Positions 32,789-37,026 of a DNA stretch of 37,026 nucleotides are shown one piece after another. This DNA is from Macrostomum lignano. Taxonomy: Eukaryota. The stretch lies in assembly GCA_002269645.1 (NCBI GenBank), contig NIVC01000828.1:54978-92003 (forward strand), in the 5' to 3' direction. Both the position numbers and the translations under genes were made by a program. Positions within the stretch are counted from its first letter, which is position 1. Each line of letters starts with the position of its first letter. The notes under the pieces are model-generated. The model was not told the origin of the DNA, did no database searches, and saw only the letters and a list, made by a program, of their open reading frames with translations.

Positions 32789-33213
32789 GCCTACTTCTCA
32801 AAAGATAAAAATTAATCAAGTAAAAAGTTAGGTCTATTAGAAATACTATAAAAGACAAATAATCATAATGACTAGGCTAATAAATAAAATACATTAAAAA
32901 ATGTTGAAAATTAAGGAGACAAAAGGATTTATAACTTTTTTTTAATTCACTAATTTAAAAAAAAGTTTTTACTCAGGCCCAAAAAATAAAAATTTTCAAA
33001 TAAAATAAAAAATATTAAAAAACATTTTTCAAAATCTCATTGTAGTCTTTATGTTAAAGCACAACTTAAGAAAGTATTAAAATCATCAATGTTAGGCAAG
33101 TTTCAGCTTGAAAAGTAAGTAACTCATAGTTAAATAACTTTCAATTCCAAAGAAAATAACTTTTGGCACTTGTTCTGGTGCTGGTACCTTTAAAACAAAG
33201 AGTAGTAGTATAT

Positions 33214-34398
33214 TAGTGATGGATCAAAATTATTTTTCAAATCAAAATTGAAATTGAAATTTTCGGTTCCTTAAAATCAAAATCAAAATCAAAATTTTTT
33301 GAGCTTAACAAATTTTTACTTTTTCGCTAATCATGCAAAAAAGTTAACACATTGCCTCTGCATGTATGAGCTTACATGTTTTATAAAAAGTATCTTTGAT
33401 ATGTGTAATCCAGAATACTTAAGATTTAACTTACTTTAAAAATACAAAATAGAAAATGCTGGTATAATATGTTATATACTCATACATAAAATATAGTAGA
33501 AGTTGTATTATATTTCACCACTGTTTTAGCTGAAGATCTAGATACAAGTAGCCTATATCAATTTCATTAAGGCTTTAAGTCTTTAGCCAATTAAAATCTA
33601 TGCCGATGAGTTCAGCCAGTGGGCTTGTAGAGGTTGAGGTGGGTGCAGCACAAGGCCTAGAACAGTGTATGCCCCGCACAATCTTTTCTTGTAGAAAAGG
33701 CAATTCTCACCTCCCCACTGAGTCTTTGAACCGCGCTTCCTTTTATTTCCTAAGATTTTCTTACTCGAGCATGATCATCAATGTCTAAATTGTTAAAATA
33801 TTAACCAAAATTTCAAAATGATTTTCGAAATGGTGTCGAAATTTGAACGATGCAAAATTAGTTTCAAAATTCGTATCAAAATCGAAATCGAACTTGAATA
33901 ACTATGACACCTTTCAGTGACATAAATGTTGCATCATCTAATTAGTTATCATATTAGTGCTGTAAATTAATTTACTTACAAGATTCAATCTATCTTGGGC
34001 ATACTATATCTATCTAGTATCTGAATTGAATGGAACTTAAAATATCATCTAACTAATTCCAATTACTAATACTAACTGTAATGATTACACTTAAACAATG
34101 ATTGCCTAAAAATGTTTCTGCAACTTAAGTTTAAATGACTCAAAGGTCCTGAAGTACTTAATTACACTTTAAAAATATATTTTATTCCAAGAATAGACAA
34201 TTGTCAAAACAAACAATATGACATTGAATTTTGTGTTTTCATTTTTTAATTTACTTTTTTTTCAAAAGTTTTATTTCTTTATGTTATATGTTTGCAAATC
34301 AAAATGTTTGCATAATTTTGTTTTTTATTTTTTCATATTCAGAAGGATTTCTAAAAAAGTGAGACTTTTTCGGATTTAGATATTCTGATCTATCACTA
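33214..34398. mobile_element. Possible degenerate non-autonomous DNA transposon (~1.2 kb)
   Basis: TAGTGATGGATCAAAAT (33214-33230) vs ATTCTGATCTATCACTA (34382-34398) form a 15/17 inverted match. Subterminal TCAAAA/TCGAAA repeats. No TSD found. Confidence 0.45.
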
Positions 34399-35222
34399 AT
34401 TTTGACTCTTTACAAATATAAACTATAAACAGAGCTAGATAATTTTTGACCAATAAATGTGTCATAATCAGTAATAATATTTCAGCTGACTTTAAGGTTG
34501 TATGATTCATTCTTGTTGCTTTAGTCTGTTCTAGTTTTATATAATAATAGGATAGCTTTACTATACTGTAAGTATAGTTTTATATTGCTAACTTATTTAG
34601 AATCAATGATAACCTTCTGGCAGCCTTAAAAAACCTTAAAAAACAAGAAAAAATGATCTAGGACAAAAATGGCTGCAATTTGATAGATAGACCATAGTTT
34701 ACAAGACATCAATTAATTTGATTTGTGTCATTGCTATACAATAAAAAATATAATTAGCCATAAAAGAGTTAAATTATTCTTAGTCATTCTGTTAACTTGT
34801 TTAAATAGTTACCAATAATTCTTTCATTCTATTAAAATATGATTCTATGATACCTAAAATGTGCTCTGACTTAAAAAGACCTCATGATCTAGAGTATATC
34901 TTTTTACCTTTGTATTACTATATTTTGGTAAAAGTTTTGCACTTTTGGGAAATATTTAGTACAAGCAGTTTAGCACCTAAATTTTCATTTTCAAGTACTA
35001 GAACTAGAAGTACTGGACTTTTCAAAAAGTAACTTCCAATACCAAAAGTGCGAGAAGTGTGGGAACTGTGCCCAACACTAGAAATTGTAATTTTTTTTTC
35101 AATTGCATATGCAAGCATACATGTGCAATTACATGTTTGCTAATATTTAAAGTATAATTAGACTTGGTAAGGCTGTAGCATATCTTCAATAAGATAATTC
35201 AACATATTAAACAAATTTTCAG

Positions 35223-35356
35223 GAGAACTCCACTGTTAGTGTAAGAGTTGCTCGTGGTCTGAATGGGCATTTAGAAGGTCTACTAGATGAGACTGATTGG
35301 TCTGGAGAATTCTGCTTTGTACAAGCAGCTGATACTCAGTTTGGACTTATTAGCCG
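35223..35356 (+). CDS. CPPED1: CPPED1-like calcineurin-like phosphoesterase, first visible coding exon
   Basis: Bounded by TTTTCAG (AG 35221-35222) and GTATGT (35357). Translates ENSTVSVRVARGLNGHLEGLLDETDWSGEFCFVQAADTQFGLISR, matching the CPPED1 W.G.F.F...AD.QFGLI metal-binding motif I. Not in the ORF track because it has no start codon. Confidence 0.9.
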
Positions 35357-35517
35357 GTATGTTTTTATTTTATTCTTTTAATAAATGTACTTTTCAAACT
35401 AATGAATTTAAGCTTATAAACTCCATAATTATATACTGTTGTGTCAGGAATAAAATAAAAAACCACCAATAGAGCAAGGTCTCAAAGCCTGCTCAAGGTC
35501 TGTCTTTTCTCAGCTGT

Positions 35518-35580
35518 CTTCTTTCTTCTCTTTTTTTCTTCTCCTCTCCTCTCCTTTCTCCCTATCTCTCTTCTCCATCT
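35518..35580. repeat. CT-rich low-complexity tract in the CPPED1 intron
   Basis: Nearly pure C/T run. Confidence 0.8.
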
Positions 35581-35852
35581 GGCAATGGAGGTAAAAAAAT
35601 TCACTATAGTTCACTATTATTAATTATCTACATATAATATTCTTCTATTTCTACTGTGACAAGTATAGCATATAGGATTTAATATAGTTAAATTTTTCTT
35701 GAAGTTCAGACTGTCAGTTTATTTTCCACTATAATAATGCCTACTAAAAATACAAGTAATATTCTACTAGTCTACTTCAAGTAAACGGCGATGCAAATTC
35801 GCGCAGAAAAACAAGCTGATTAGTAATAATTCTTAACCAATATCAATGACAG

Positions 35853-36182
35853 CTACATCGACAAGGCGGATCCTCAGCCAGCGATTCGCCAACCAATCGC
35901 GATGCGGACATTGCCAAGGAGGTGCACTTAACTCGCCGACTTGTCAGCGAAGTGAACGCAATTTCGCCGGCGCCTCGTTTTCTCATCGTCTGCGGCGATA
36001 TGATCGACGCATTTCCTGTTGCCGTTAGAGACGAAAATGGCGAACAGAGGCGCGAGCGGGAACAGAGGCGACAGCGTCAGCTGCGAGCGTTTGCTGACTG
36101 TTTTAGACAGTTGCGATCTGATGTTCCTTTGGTGTGCGTCTGCGGCAATCACGATATTGGCGATGCGCCCACGCCTGAATCT
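35853..36182 (+). CDS. CPPED1: CPPED1-like, second visible coding exon (start 35853 or 35882)
   Basis: KEVHLTRRLVSEVNAISPAPRFLIVCGDMIDAFP...LRSDVPLVCVCGNHDIGDAPTPES contains the GDxxD and GNHD metallophosphoesterase motifs. Strong donor GTGAGC at 36183. Confidence 0.9.
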
Positions 36183-36221
36183 GTGAGCAGCTCTTCGTGT
36201 CTTGAGGACCTTTGGAATGAG

Positions 36222-36720
36222 AGATCCCAGTTGCTGGAGCAGCCTCTAAGATCCACAGTTGCTGGCCAGGCTTCCAGAGTGTCAGTTGCTGGCCAGCCTC
36301 CCAGATATTCAGTTGCTGGGCCAGCCTCCCAAATCCTCAATTGCTGGGCCAGCCTCTCAAATCCTTAGTTGCTGGGCCAGCCTCAAGCTCCTCAGTTGCT
36401 GGGCCAGCCTCCCAGATCCTCACTTTCTGACCAGCCTCCCAGATCCTCAGTTGCTGGGCCAGCCTCCCAGATCCTCAGTTGCTGGGCAGCCTCCCAGATC
36501 CTCAGTTGCTGGGGCAGCCTCCCAGATCCTCAGTTGCTGGGCAGCCTCCCAGATCCTCAGTTGCTGGCCAGCCAGGCCCAGCCTCCTAGAGTGTCAGTTG
36601 CTGGGCCAGCCTCCCAGATCCTCAGTTTCTGGGCCAGCCTCCCAGATCCTCAGTTGCTGGGCCAGCCTCCAGATCCTCAGTTTCTGGGCCAGCCTCCAGA
36701 TCCCAGTTGCTGGGCCAGCT
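36222..36720. repeat. Intronic ~28-bp GC-rich minisatellite (about 17 degenerate copies)
   Basis: Consensus CAGATCCTCAGTTGCTGGGCCAGCCTCC with 27-29 bp variants, lying between two CPPED1-homologous segments. Confidence 0.9.
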
Positions 36721-36757
36721 CGGTTATCATAAAAAAACTCCAAAAACTCCGCCACAG

Positions 36758-37026
36758 GTGGCATCTACCGTCAGACCTGGGGCGACGACTACTTCGAGTT
36801 CTGGATCGGTGGCTGCCAGATGCTGGTAGTGAATTCTCAGTATTACGTCAACAGCAGCCAAGTACCGGAGGAGAAGTCCGCAATGACTCGCTGGCTGATG
36901 ACACGCCTCAGCCAAAGCAAACCGACGCATCGCATTTTATTCATGCACGTGCCGCGTCTCCTTACTGACGCCCACTCGGATGCCGACAGCTACTTCACTT
37001 TGCCCAAAGCTGACCGTCTGCCACTG
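36758..37026 (+). CDS. CPPED1: CPPED1-like, third visible coding exon (continues past the window)
   Basis: After CCACAG (AG 36756-36757), the frame from 36760 reads GIYRQTWGDDYFEFWIGGCQMLVVNSQYYVNSSQVPEEKSAMTRWLMTRLSQSKPTHRILFMHVPRLLTDAHSDADSYFTLPKADRLPL. This matches the CPPED1 TWGDDYF.FW.GG...LV.NSQ and F.H.P...YF.L segments. Confidence 0.9.

Noticed and set aside
32900-33193. Kolobok-like right end (GGTACCTTTAA)
   Set aside because: No matching left terminus found in the window.
33617-33720. Mini-element with CAGTGGG...CCCACTG ends
   Set aside because: Only a 7-bp inverted match and no TSD.
25895-35215. Short ORFs of 60-140 aa in the intergenic region; tRNA, snRNA or SL RNA genes
   Set aside because: The ORFs are low-complexity or transposon-derived. 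I could not recognise any cloverleaf, Sm site with leader, or other RNA gene signature.
36183-36968. ORFs 36259-36732 and 36369-36968, and the tail of 35922-36368
   Set aside because: They are translations of the intronic minisatellite or the wrong frame of exon 3; CPPED1 homology skips this region.

Overview
Eukaryotic (probably invertebrate animal) genomic DNA with GT-AG introns, AT-rich non-coding sequence and decayed transposons. It has three parts. (1) 211-25894 (+) is a giant, apparently intron-free coding region. It has a ~465-aa unique N-terminal part, 166 tandem 46/57-aa repeat units (138/171 bp) plus one partial unit, and a 75-aa tail. In this assembly it is broken by 36 small deletions (50 bp by my hand count). 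Restoring them gives 25,734 bp, exactly 8,577 codons plus a stop. Most breaks sit on columns where repeat variants differ, which points to consensus/polishing error rather than decay. Differences between repeat variants are strongly synonymous. The protein is acidic, Cys/Met-periodic and carries many dynein-light-chain (LC8)-like xSVQV/TQT motifs; I cannot assign it to a named family. (2) 25.9-35.2 kb is an AT-rich intergenic region with two hAT-type MITEs, relics of a REL-type non-LTR element, a Gypsy RT and a LINE 3' end, a 3x37-bp repeat and a TAGGCCTA cluster. (3) 35223-37026 (+) holds three coding exons of a CPPED1-like calcineurin-like phosphoesterase that runs off the window. Its first visible exon lacks only the initiator ATG, and its second visible intron is filled with a ~28-bp minisatellite. 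All counts were done by eye; no database searches were run.
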